Below are positions 39,212 through 49,449 of a DNA stretch of 64,000 bases, piece by piece; positions within the stretch are counted from its first letter, which is position 1; each line of letters starts with the position of its first letter. Source of the DNA: Eledone cirrhosa (Eukaryota); NCBI GenBank assembly GCA_964016885.1, contig OZ024747.1:12524001-12588000 (forward strand), given 5' to 3'. The notes under the pieces were generated by a model. That model was not told the DNA's origin and did not search any database. It saw only the letters and a list, made by a program, of their open reading frames with translations. The translations under genes and the position numbers were made by a program.

Positions 39212-39650
39212 AGATTTCTTTATTTACCATAAAGGCATAAAAAGAAGGGACAAATACAAAGGGGGAGTTTACATATAATCGAGTAAAAAGGGTGTAACAT
39301 GAAAATAATCGAAAATAACCTCAAAAGGGAGGGGACGTGATGGGGGTTGCACACACCCCCGAAAAAGTGTGCAATCCTTTGCCCGGGGAGCACATGGAGA
39401 AGGTGCTCCCCTCTCCTTTACTTCTTTACCTACAGGATGGTATACAGAGAAGGCCCATTTACACGAGCCATTCTCGCCACTATCACCCACCTTTCATAAA
39501 ACTGCCTGTGGCCAAGCACCTCTCTCTCCATTCTTATCCTTCTTCCGAAGTGATATCGGAAGAAGTAGACCAGACTATGGCCAGAGAGGAAGTTGCCTGA
39601 CCTCAGACCTTTCAATCGTGTCCACCAAACAACCTCTTTCAACATGGCTA
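39212..39650 (-). mobile_element. Tx1/L1-like LINE 3' fragment between (TA)n tracts
   Basis: ORF end KEVVWWTR...FFRYHFGRRIRMERE...FYERWV, then 3' UTR ending in AATAAA. Confidence 0.65.
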
Positions 39651-39877
39651 TTCATATATATATATATATAGTTAGGGAAGCAGAAAATTGCTTCTTGTGA
39701 TCCAGTTCGCTCACTATTTTGAAAATTTGGGCGTGAACAACAATTATAATTGAGTGGTTGCTATTTGTAGTATAGCAATATAACGTTGCACTTACCAATG
39801 AAACGGTCGTAAATACCTGGATAAAATCCTTCTCTTAATGCTTACTTGTGTTTTCTCTTTTATACTATATATATATA

Positions 39878-40832
39878 TTTATTTATTTATTAAAATAACA
39901 GTTACGCTATATTTGTCCTGGTAATCATGTATATATGTATGAGATGAAAGAATGGTATTTAACTAATGTATTGGTACGCGATGGGGCCCACCCACAGCCC
40001 CGGCGGACAGAATGGAGAAGGCGTTTCCCCGGAGGACGGCAAGGGAGACGCGTTGGAAAAGCCACTCCAACTCGCGGGGCTCACACCTACGGCTGGCCAG
40101 CTCAGCGCCTATGGTGGCGAGTAAGGAGGTAGTCCTGGGGCCGAGGACACCAGAAGTTTCCACTGCCCGGGGAACGACCGCAAACCTGTCGGAGAGCGAC
40201 CGGTATTTGAGGAGTTTGGCCCCCTCAGCCCGACGTGCAGCAGAACCTGGGTCAGTCGCAGACTGCACCAGGTTGCGGCTGCAGAAAGTGTCGGTGCAAG
40301 TGGCATCCCAGACGAGGGGTTTGCCACCGCGGAACGGGAAGATGGTCATGCCATCTGGCCTTTTGCCGTCCCCTCGATCCAGCCCCACCGGCTCGAGCTG
40401 GGAAGAGAAGCCTGCAGCGTCCAAGCCATGCTTAATGACCTCGTTGAGGGGCAGCAATGCGTGGAATGCAGCCGGCACTGTGGCGACAGGAAAGCGGGTG
40501 GAGGCCGAAAGAGTCCACGGTGGAACCGCAGCGACATTGGTGTGGCTGGCAGATCCGGAGGCCGAGCCTCAGGGAAACGCCGATTCGCAGGCTATGGTTG
40601 TCTCGCTGCGTGCCAGTGGAGAAGGAGGGCAGAGCATGGAAGGCCGCACGAAAACAAGCAAGGCGGTGGTGGTCGAGCTGGCGCGTGAGCCTGTCTGAGG
40701 CCAGGCTGCACCGGATGGCATCCCAAGTGCGTTGGGGGGACTTGACGTCAACAGGGGGAGAAGGAGTAGGGACGTCTAGTGGGCTAAGTCCCAGCCGGTC
40801 CCACGTCTCACAGGCGGCCTCACGTTCTCTGA
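39878..40832 (-). mobile_element. CRE-clade non-LTR retrotransposon 3' part (CCHC knuckle + PD-(D/E)xK endonuclease)
   Basis: LRLGLRICQPHQCRCGSTVDSFGLHPLSC, one frameshift, then KRPDGMTIFPFRGGKPLVWDATCTDT...KYRSL...VETSG...LRGNA; 3' UTR ends in (AATA)n/(TA)n. Confidence 0.9.
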
Positions 40833-40959
40833 ACTAAAGTTTAAGTAAAGAATCGCTGCTTTCACCCTTAACGGGATCTTCTGAAATATCTGATATATAT
40901 TTATCCTTATCGAGCCCTCTTTGGATTTTAGTCTTCAAATTTATTATTATTACTATATA

Positions 40960-41218
40960 TATAAACGTTTGAATTTGTAAAGCCAAACAATGCAGGTATG
41001 GACATAGAATAGAAAAAATGCAAATGCAAAAGATATTGTTGACAATTAGTCTTTTACCTTAGATTTATTTAAATGTCCTTATCGAGATAATATCTCTTCT
41101 TCGGAGGGAAGTAAAGCGGTTAAACCAGTGTTCTAAATAGCTTGCCAAGTCATGTTGCATTTTTTCTATTCTATACCCATACCTGCATTGTTTAGCTTTA
41201 CAAATTCAAACGTTTATA
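40960..41218. repeat. About 64-bp inverted repeat enclosing a decayed hammerhead
   Basis: 40960-41023 vs 41155-41218; minus strand CCGAAGA-a-GAGATA-t-TATCTC-GATA at about 41078-41104. Confidence 0.7.
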
Positions 41219-41258
41219 CCTCATTACACAATGCTTCAAGTGAACTATAACTTCCTCC

Positions 41259-41332
<74 letters not shown>

Positions 41333-41455
41333 AGGGGGTGTAACTAGGAGTTACTGCAGGTTCACCCGGGAGAGCACTCGATGTTTAGGTTCACTTCCGT
41401 GATGATGTGTAGAGCTATACAGAGTGTAATATATATTTCTTATAGCATTTTAAGT

Positions 41456-41542
41456 GGGTCCGTCGAGCTGCGGATTATTGAGTCGGGTAGGATCGATATA
41501 GATCGAACCTTGACCTGATCAGTGGCGAAACGCGCGTCACCT
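41456..41542 (+). ncRNA. Decayed hammerhead, paralog of 6554-6638
   Basis: Core CCGTCGA; gtggc-GAAA-CGCGCG-TC-acc intact; AATAAA at 41546. Confidence 0.6.
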
Positions 41543-41592
41543 ATCAATAAATGCAATGAAGGAATAATCAATCGTCCTTTTTATCCTTTCTA

Positions 41593-41792
41593 NNNNNNNN
41601 NNNNNNNNNNNNNNNNNNNNNNNNNNNNNNNNNNNNNNNNNNNNNNNNNNNNNNNNNNNNNNNNNNNNNNNNNNNNNNNNNNNNNNNNNNNNNNNNNNNN
41701 NNNNNNNNNNNNNNNNNNNNNNNNNNNNNNNNNNNNNNNNNNNNNNNNNNNNNNNNNNNNNNNNNNNNNNNNNNNNNNNNNNNNNNNNNNNN
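41593..41792. other. Assembly gap (200 N)
   Basis: Run of N. Confidence 1.
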
Positions 41793-41990
41793 ATATTCAG
41801 GTTTGAGGTTCACCACTGTATAGAGCTGGTCTATTCCGTATGGTCAATCGTAATGCAATAATATAGAGAGTACTCAACGTAAAGCAGTTCAACCGTCTTT
41901 GTTTTTGTAGTTGGTGGTGCTATTACGGAGTTAAATATTATAATGAAATGACAGGAGGCTGGATTTGTGTAAATCCTTGAAAGGTTTATT

Positions 41991-42048
41991 ATACTATGAT
42001 CATTTCAATGACCGGGTTCCGTATGAATCCGGTGATATCATCAGGTAT
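41991..42048 (-). ncRNA. Type I hammerhead ribozyme, intact
   Basis: Minus strand ATAC-CTGATGA-tatcACCGGATTCatacgGAACCCGGTcatt-GAAA-TGATCA-TA-GTAT-AATAAA; 41937-42003 is inverted at 42151-42217. Confidence 0.82.
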
Positions 42049-42213
42049 TCGAAATATAATACGTGAATGTAATAGGTAAAATCCATGGGGCTGAAAATCG
42101 AGACCCGAGGGCGACCGCTATTCTGTTCCTTCAACCTCAGCCGGTCGCCCATGATCATAGTATAATAAACCTTTCAAGGATTTACATAAATCCAGCCTCC
42201 TGTCATTTCATTA

Positions 42214-42279
<66 letters not shown>

Positions 42280-42480
42280 TACTTGGGGAGGGTCATATTT
42301 GTGTAATATTGCCAGAATTAATAACAGAACACACTCACTGTTTGGTTGGTTTTCGCTTTTCGCTTTTGTGTCTTTTATATCGGTTAATTTAATTTATTCA
42401 GTCCTCAATGTTGCCATTGACTGACCAACGGTCAAAAATAATACATATACAATATAGACACAAACACATATATATAGTTT

Positions 42481-42522
42481 ATCAAAGTTCTTTCGTTGCA
42501 CATCTGCAACATCGTCAGTGGT
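42481..42522 (-). ncRNA. Type I hammerhead ribozyme (family of 12477)
   Basis: Minus strand CTGACGA-t-GTTGCA-gatg-TGCAAC-GAAA-gaacT-T-tgat. Confidence 0.75.
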
Positions 42523-42955
42523 GCTATTGTTTCCTTCCCACCGTTGCATTGTATGTTCTACGCCATCTTTATTTAGTCTGTTTATATATTTATTTATTTG
42601 TTTATTTTTGTCTTCTTTGCGTGTGTGTATAGTGTTTTGTTTGATGTGTGTTCGTGATTGGGTGACTGTGTATTGGTTAATGTATTCTCTCTTTACTAGT
42701 GTGTGTGTTTATATGTGTTTGTTGTTATTGTGCTTGTGTATGTATTTATTTATCTATTTATTTATTTATTTATACTTCTCTTAGGTCAGTGTTGTTTGTT
42801 TGGGCGTTGTTGTTATTCCATTCATTTTTTCTAAGTTCACTGGCCTCTCTCTCTGATTTGCCTATCTGCTGGGTCATTTCTATGTTTAGATATTATTCTA
42901 ATTTCTATGTTGTCTATGTTACCGTCGTGTTGTTATCTGGCATGTCCGTATAGTA

Positions 42956-43026
<71 letters not shown>

Positions 43027-43030
<4 letters not shown>

Positions 43031-43860
43031 AAGTGTTAAAACGATCAAATTTTAGTTTAGACCATTTATTAGCTGATAAACAATTGTTTCTTCCAGAGGG
43101 AAGTCTGGAATCATTGTAGCATAAGGAATGTCGAAAAGAATCCCATGGTTAATAGCTGTGAGTAACAAATAACACATGCACATAAATACGAACTACAATA
43201 CAAAAACACTTAAATGAAAATCACATATCCAACTCTATCACGTGCTTTACATTACACCTTACATAAAAAATACCTACATTATCACCACATGCCTCTCTAA
43301 CAAATTGCACACTATCTTAAATGTTTATAACAAATATAACATGCTTTAACACCCCACACAAAATGTTTATTTCAACTGCATTATTACTCTTTCCTCACAC
43401 ATACATTATTGACTGTATTGAGTCCTGCATTGTACACCAATTGTCCTTGCTTATAACTTCTTTACCTGTGTTTTTTTACTTGTGATTTTTTTGCTTCTGC
43501 GTTTTACTTTTACTTATACCTATTACACTTCCAACCAGTGCTGCCTGTAATTGTGTTCTTTCAAGCAGAACATCTTTTTAACTCCTGCATCTCCACATGA
43601 TGCCTTTGACACTAATAACAATTATGTACCCTAAATGTTCTAAATAACTAGGATTTTAGTTACACGTTTTCGACATTCCTTATGCTCCGATGATTCCAGA
43701 CTTCCCTGTTGGAAGAAACAATTGTCAGCTAATAAATGTTCTAAACTAAAATTTGATCGTTTTAACACTTTGTATCTTGGCTCTGTAAACCACTTGAAAA
43801 TTTGCATTGAGCCTTTTGTCTTGTCATACCGGTCACCGGCTAGTACTTAGTACTACCTTA
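43027..43860 (+). mobile_element. Hammerhead module with about 110-bp inverted repeat, in (TA)n
   Basis: 43027-43137 vs 43667-43775; each arm contains a hammerhead copy. Confidence 0.75.
43684..43729 (+). ncRNA. Type I hammerhead with one core change (U4C)
   Basis: gct-CCGATGA-TTCCAG...TTGGAA-GAAA-CAATTG-TC-agc-t-AATAAA. Confidence 0.7.
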
Positions 43861-43968
43861 CATATTTATAGTTATATCAAACATATATAAATATAAATAT
43901 AAATATAAATATATATATATATATACACACATGTGTGTGTATTTATATATATATGTATCTGTGTATAT

Positions 43969-44009
<41 letters not shown>

Positions 44010-44092
44010 TCAAGGAAACAAGAAACGAACGAACAAGAGGATGCAATAACATAAAGTGTATTAGTTTCACGCTTGGAGAAAACGTTACATAG

Positions 44093-44125
44093 TTGACGTA
44101 TCGGGCATTTGCCCTTCATCGGGAA
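44093..44125 (-). ncRNA. Decayed minimal hammerhead
   Basis: Minus strand CCGATGA-a-GGGCA-aa-TGCCC-GATA-CGTC. Confidence 0.5.
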
Positions 44126-44211
44126 TAACACAAAAGGAAAATAGCAAAGAAAATAACGTTAAAGAATGGAAAATGCAAAAAATAAAATCAAATAAATGGT
44201 AGTTGAAATAA

Positions 44212-44430
44212 CGGTTTCTTATAGAGGCACAAGGCAGCAATTTGGGGGGGAGAGAAGAGTCGATTAAATTAGCCCCAGTGCGTGACTGGTACTTTATTTT
44301 ATCGACCCCGTAAGGATGAAAGGCAATGTTAACTTCGGCAGGATTTGAACTCAGAATGGCAAGGGCCGTAACTCTATGCGTCAAAGCATGGCGTCCGACC
44401 CTCTACCGATACTGCCAATCCACCGCCCTA
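44212..44430 (-). mobile_element. tRNA-derived SINE, full length
   Basis: Reverse complement of the major family. Confidence 0.9.
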
Positions 44431-45579
44431 AATTTGATCAAAAGCTCTAATAGTAAACATGTTTGAAAAGCTGTGTTGAAACAGAGTGATATGTCCTTGA
44501 TCTGTCATCGCTTGTCAGCATTAACACATGTAGCAGTAACAAATATGTTTGAATGAACCCGTTAACTCCTGGTGGAATCGTTGGAGTGCCGTGGTGTTAT
44601 AGGGCATTCTTGGACATTTTTTAAACATGGCAGAGCCCATCCCCTCCTCAGGTCTGAACACAACCTATTTCTTCCAGAAGAAGAAAGAGAGTGGTGGAAA
44701 GGAAGTGAGAAAGAGATATATATGGAGGAAGAATCGACCCCATTTTTTAACTAATACGTTTTTAGTGGGTGTTTTTGACCTCGAAAGGAAGAAAGGAAAA
44801 GTTGACCTCGACAGGATTTGAACTTAGTGTACGGAGAGCAGGAACGAATACCGCAAATCATTCTATCCTACATTCTAAAGACTGCCAATTCGCCGTCAAC
44901 ATCACTTTTAATTATACATTGGGCAACATACCTCTAACCCTCTTTTATAAATATTCCACCAGAGAAAATAATATTATTCTTTTACCCTTTTTAGTGCTTT
45001 CAGTCATTAGACTGTGATCATGCTGGAGCACCGCCTTAAAGGAATTTAGTCGAAGTAAACTCCTTAACGTTGAAATTAATTTTTTTTTTTAAATTGTACG
45101 TTTTTATGAACCTATTTTTTTTTAAATTGTACGTTTTTTTGTAAAATTGTACGTTTTTATGAACCTATTTTTTTTTAAATTGTACGTTTTTTTGTAAAAT
45201 TGTACGTTTTTATGAACCTATTACTTTGTGAAAAGATAGATAAACTGATGATAAAATAAATATGAATTTATCCATAACAGAGAGGGATCTACGGATGGAT
45301 CTGAACGAAAGTTTTTTGGGCTGGAAGAATATCAAAAATCCAGCCTACTCCTCCACTGAAAACGAAAATAGGTACACGTCTGTTTGAAATCAGATGACAT
45401 GTAGGTAAAGAGTGGGTTAATGTGTGGGTGTATCCTATTTTTGTCTCTACCTGTTTTGTTACGTCCCAAATGTGCACAGGAATGAATAGTATCAATCTTA
45501 ATTGCTGCTGGCTGATCTTGACCTTGCTAATACATGGTCGAGATGTTTTTCAATGACTAGAGCTAACGAAAATGAGAGA

Positions 45580-45858
45580 TAATTGTTTCTACGTTTGGCA
45601 CAAGGCTAGCAATTACCCAGAGCATTACTGGTACTTTATTTTATCGACCCTGTAAGGATGAAAGGCAAAGTTAGATAATTGTTTCTACTTTAGACACAAG
45701 GCCAGCAATTACCCAGTGCATTACTGGTACTTTATTTTATCGACCCCGTAAGGATGAAAGGCAAAGTCAACCTCGGCGGGATTTGAACTCAGGTCGTAAA
45801 GGGACGTAACTATGCTGGAAAGCATGGCGTCCGACCCTGTACTGATACTGCCAATCCA
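45580..45858 (-). mobile_element. tRNA-derived SINE with duplicated 3' half
   Basis: Core/tail present twice. Confidence 0.85.
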
Positions 45859-45923
45859 AATGATGAATATAGTGGTCTGAAGGAGATAAGAGATTTACTT
45901 TTGTCAAAAGCTGATTTTGAAGG

Positions 45924-46088
45924 TAGTGCCGGATTTAGGACAAATGAGGCCCTGTGCTAGTTAAGTTATGAGGCCCCAAACATTTGAAAAATTCTTCGTA
46001 AAAAATGTTTTGGCAAGAAGATGGGCCCACTGGCCAACGGGGGCCCTATGCTTAAGCAGACCTAAGCACAATGGTAAATCCAGCACTA
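45924..46088. mobile_element. MITE with 14-bp TIR
   Basis: tagtgccggattta / taaatccagcacta; no clear TSD. Confidence 0.65.
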
Positions 46089-46984
46089 CTCGTGGGTCTT
46101 CTGAAACCGCTATCTCTCCTGCTCGATGATTGTCGGGGTCGTAACAATTTAGGGTCCTGTGAAATCTACTAAGAAACTAGCTATTGCAGTGCGAACCAGA
46201 TGTGCGTCTCTATATTAGGAATCTGCTGGGCCCTCTGTAACATCTCTACATCGTCGGTCAAGTTAAGCAAAGAATTGAAGAAGAAATTTGACAGATGTGT
46301 CTAATTGAGAGCGTGTATCATACGCTCCATTAATGAAGAATGTTGGAACAGCTGCTGCTGGGAAATATGTCACTCAAACTGTGTAAATGTCATTCAACAA
46401 CAACCTGTCCGCCGGGACCACGAGACAGATTGACCCTTAAGCTTCATTCATGGTAGCGAGAAAAAAAGTAAAAAATAAAAAAGCTGTGTTGTACAGTTTA
46501 CGTGTCTTCCGAAATTCTTTTACTTTTGCAATTATGGAGTTCGCCTTTAGAAAATTTCGTAATTTTCGACAGGTGATAAGCATCATCATCTTTTTGGGTC
46601 TACTTCGATTACTTTAAAACTTGATATCATGTTGCTAAAGCTTGAGTAAAAAAAAAGTTAACAAGTGAAAAACAGATTTAATATTAGCAGCTGAATAAGA
46701 GTCGGAACAAATTTCCAGAAAATTCTATTTGTGAGGTGCTTACCACCAAATTCCAATAGATAACGACAAGTTATCTTTGAAAAAGATACTGTTTTCAGGA
46801 TATTCTACTTAAAAGAAAGGTTTGTCTCTATATTGTCATTTGGCCTAGAAATATAATCTCTTCTCTCTAATAAGAAATAAATAAAATCATTTTCAGGCTT
46901 TCTAATTTTTTTAATGGTTATTATTTGCCCAAAATCTCCAATTTATTAGGAAAAATGAGAATCAAAAAGATGTTGAACATCTTG

Positions 46985-47165
46985 TTGTGATGGTAATTGG
47001 TGACAACAAGGATATCCGAAGAGGGTATTTGATGACAAGAAAGGTAAGCGAAGAGGGTATTTGATGACAACAAACGCAAGCGTAGAGGGTATTTGATGAC
47101 AACATATGCACTTGAAGAGGGTATTTGATGACAACAAAGGCAAACGAAGAGTGTATTTGATGGAC
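46985..47165. repeat. About 36-bp minisatellite (gaagagggtatttgatgacaac...)
   Basis: Directly visible, about 5 copies. Confidence 0.8.
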
Positions 47166-47399
47166 CATAAGTCTAGCACGTCATTTTTACTTGATAGAAA
47201 ATTCCTACTTAAACCTCTTAAATTCATCTCTAACCCACGTAAAGAACTTTCAATTCGAATATGCTGAAGGCATTTGATTTTGATATCACATGTGTCAAAT
47301 GAAATATTGTTCATTCCTCATATCGACGTGTTCTCAAGGTTATATTTTAGATTGCAACCGAGAGACATTAATTTAGATGGTGTTGGTGATAAATTCATA

Positions 47400-47935
47400 A
47401 ACTCGATCTTTTAGCTCGGAAGGACTACATGATCCAATACTAGGCAATATCATGTTTAAATGTCCTTAATGAAAGAACATCATTCGTAAACCCAGGAGTT
47501 AGATACCTAGGTTCATGTACCCATGTATCATGCCTATTTTAAAGGTATCGAATTAATGTTTGCCCTAATTTATCTATATCCATGTTAAATATACCGAATT
47601 GTTTGTCCTAGTGAATTCTTTTTCGAGATGACTAGACATTATTCATGTTCCTGATGAGATGAGTTCAATCATAAAACAATCGCTACTAGTAATGTCCTCT
47701 CAGAATGGTGTACCTAAAGGCTTTGTGTTGAATAACACCTCCCAATTTCATAACGATAATCTTTGTTTTTGGTTATAGAAAATTGTCAGCATACATTACA
47801 AAGCGCTGCCATATCACCTTCAACCAAATGGGATTACATAACGAATGGTTCAAACAATTAAATTGCGATTAAAGATTTTCTTTCTCTATTTAGAACAGTT
47901 TCGGTCGTTTTTATCACAGCTATTAGTTATCTTGC
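47400..47935 (+). pseudogene. Gypsy/Ty3 LTR-retrotransposon integrase relic
   Basis: Hand translation LFVLVNSFSR*...QNGVPKGFVLNNTSQF...PYHLQPNGIT*RMVQTIKLRLK matches the rve core; several stops. Confidence 0.78.
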
Positions 47936-48963
47936 GAATCTATTATATTAAGGCTGGTGTAGTGTCAGTCAAGTACTGGGGTTGATTTAATCAACTTCGC
48001 CCTGCCTTCGAAATTTGCTAGCCTTGTGCCAAAAGTAGAAACAATTACATTAAAGCTGGTGCATATTTCGTGTAAAAAGTCTGCCACGCTAAAAATAGGG
48101 TGGTAAGAGTATAAGAGAGAGAGAGGTCAAGATGTCGCTCAGTGGGATCGAGCACAGCAACGCCGGCACCCTAGAAGACCTTATGCGGCTTCATCATTGG
48201 CTCGGCTTTGTTTTTATATCAATTGTCAGATCTTTGTGTATTTACAATCCCTCTTATAGATTTTCGTCATCGCTCCGACGTTTTGACGACTAAATCTTTG
48301 GCAAAGTTGAATGCTTAGTCAACATCAAACTCTCTCTAGAGTCCCGTGACCAGTCTACGTTGCCCAAACGATTTCGGGGCCTAAGTCTGTGTAAATGCTC
48401 CACTATTTCTTTTCTTCATCCATGTTTGCTCTCCTTTGGTAGGTGACATCCCTTCTCTCCAACATGGACTAGCTCTAACAGGGAGTTGAATGAAGCTCTA
48501 CTACAGTGGAGAGAACCAGGTTTGTCAGTTCCTGATACAGAGATTCTGGGACAACTTACACTTCAAAAGAAACTTTCAACTCTCTCTTTGATGAACCTGA
48601 TCAATTCTCAAGGTGCTGCCTACTTTCTGCGACTGGGGACTGGGTTGATATCCTGCTTGAGGCCAACACCGGTGGCTTACTCTGTCTGGATTAGCTCTGC
48701 ACCTCCATTGTACTCAGAGTGGGAACCAATGTCTGTGGGGTGTTGGAGTTGAAATGTTATTGTGGCAGGCCCCCTTAATTCCATAGGTCTTCACGGTTGT
48801 CTTGCCACCTGAATGCAGGTCGCTTCGTTCGCAATACCGAGCTAAACCTAATAATCTTAATATAATCTCATATCTGGAGTCGCTGTGTTGTTCCTGGGTA
48901 AGAGGCAGATCTCTCATTTGGGACACCACCGTCAGTGACTGTTATCAGTTCATATATATATAT

Positions 48964-49024
48964 ATCGGTGCTTTCACCCTTAACGGGATCTTCAGAAGAT
49001 CCCGTTAAGGGTGAAAGCACCGAT
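48964..49024. repeat. Fold-back palindrome (30-bp arms) of a hammerhead-like segment
   Basis: atcggtgctttcacccttaacgggatcttc-a-gaagatcccgttaagggtgaaagcaccgat; related rearranged copy at 40833-40955. Confidence 0.85.
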
Positions 49025-49133
49025 TCTTTGCTTAAACTTTAATCTGTTATTTGCTCTACGGTTCTTATATATCTGATATATATTTTTCCTTATCGAGCCC
49101 TCTTTGGATTTTAGTCTTCAAATTTATTATTAT

Positions 49134-49189
<56 letters not shown>

Positions 49190-49313
49190 TCTTTTACCTG
49201 TTTCAGCCATCCGGCTGAGGCCATGCTGGGGCACATATATATATATATATATCCCAAGGCTCTGATACCAACAACACCATAAACACAGCGCTGGCATATC
49301 TAAGAACTGACTA

Positions 49314-49369
49314 ACTGCCTGATGAGGTCATAGCCATTCAATGGCTATCATCGAAATATATATAGCAGT
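49314..49369 (+). ncRNA. Type I hammerhead ribozyme, intact
   Basis: ACTGC-CTGATGA-ggtcATAGCCATtcaATGGCTATcatc-GAAA-TATATA-TA-GCAGT, then AATAAA at 49371-49376; predicted cut after A49364. Confidence 0.88.
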
Positions 49370-49414
49370 AAATAAAGGATTATGAGTTCATGCAATTGGC
49401 TTATGTTTCGTCAC

Positions 49415-49449
<35 letters not shown>

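Noticed and set aside
47651-47680. CTGATGA-gatga...tcat as a hammerhead
   Set aside because: No GAAA; it lies in the Gypsy integrase reading frame.
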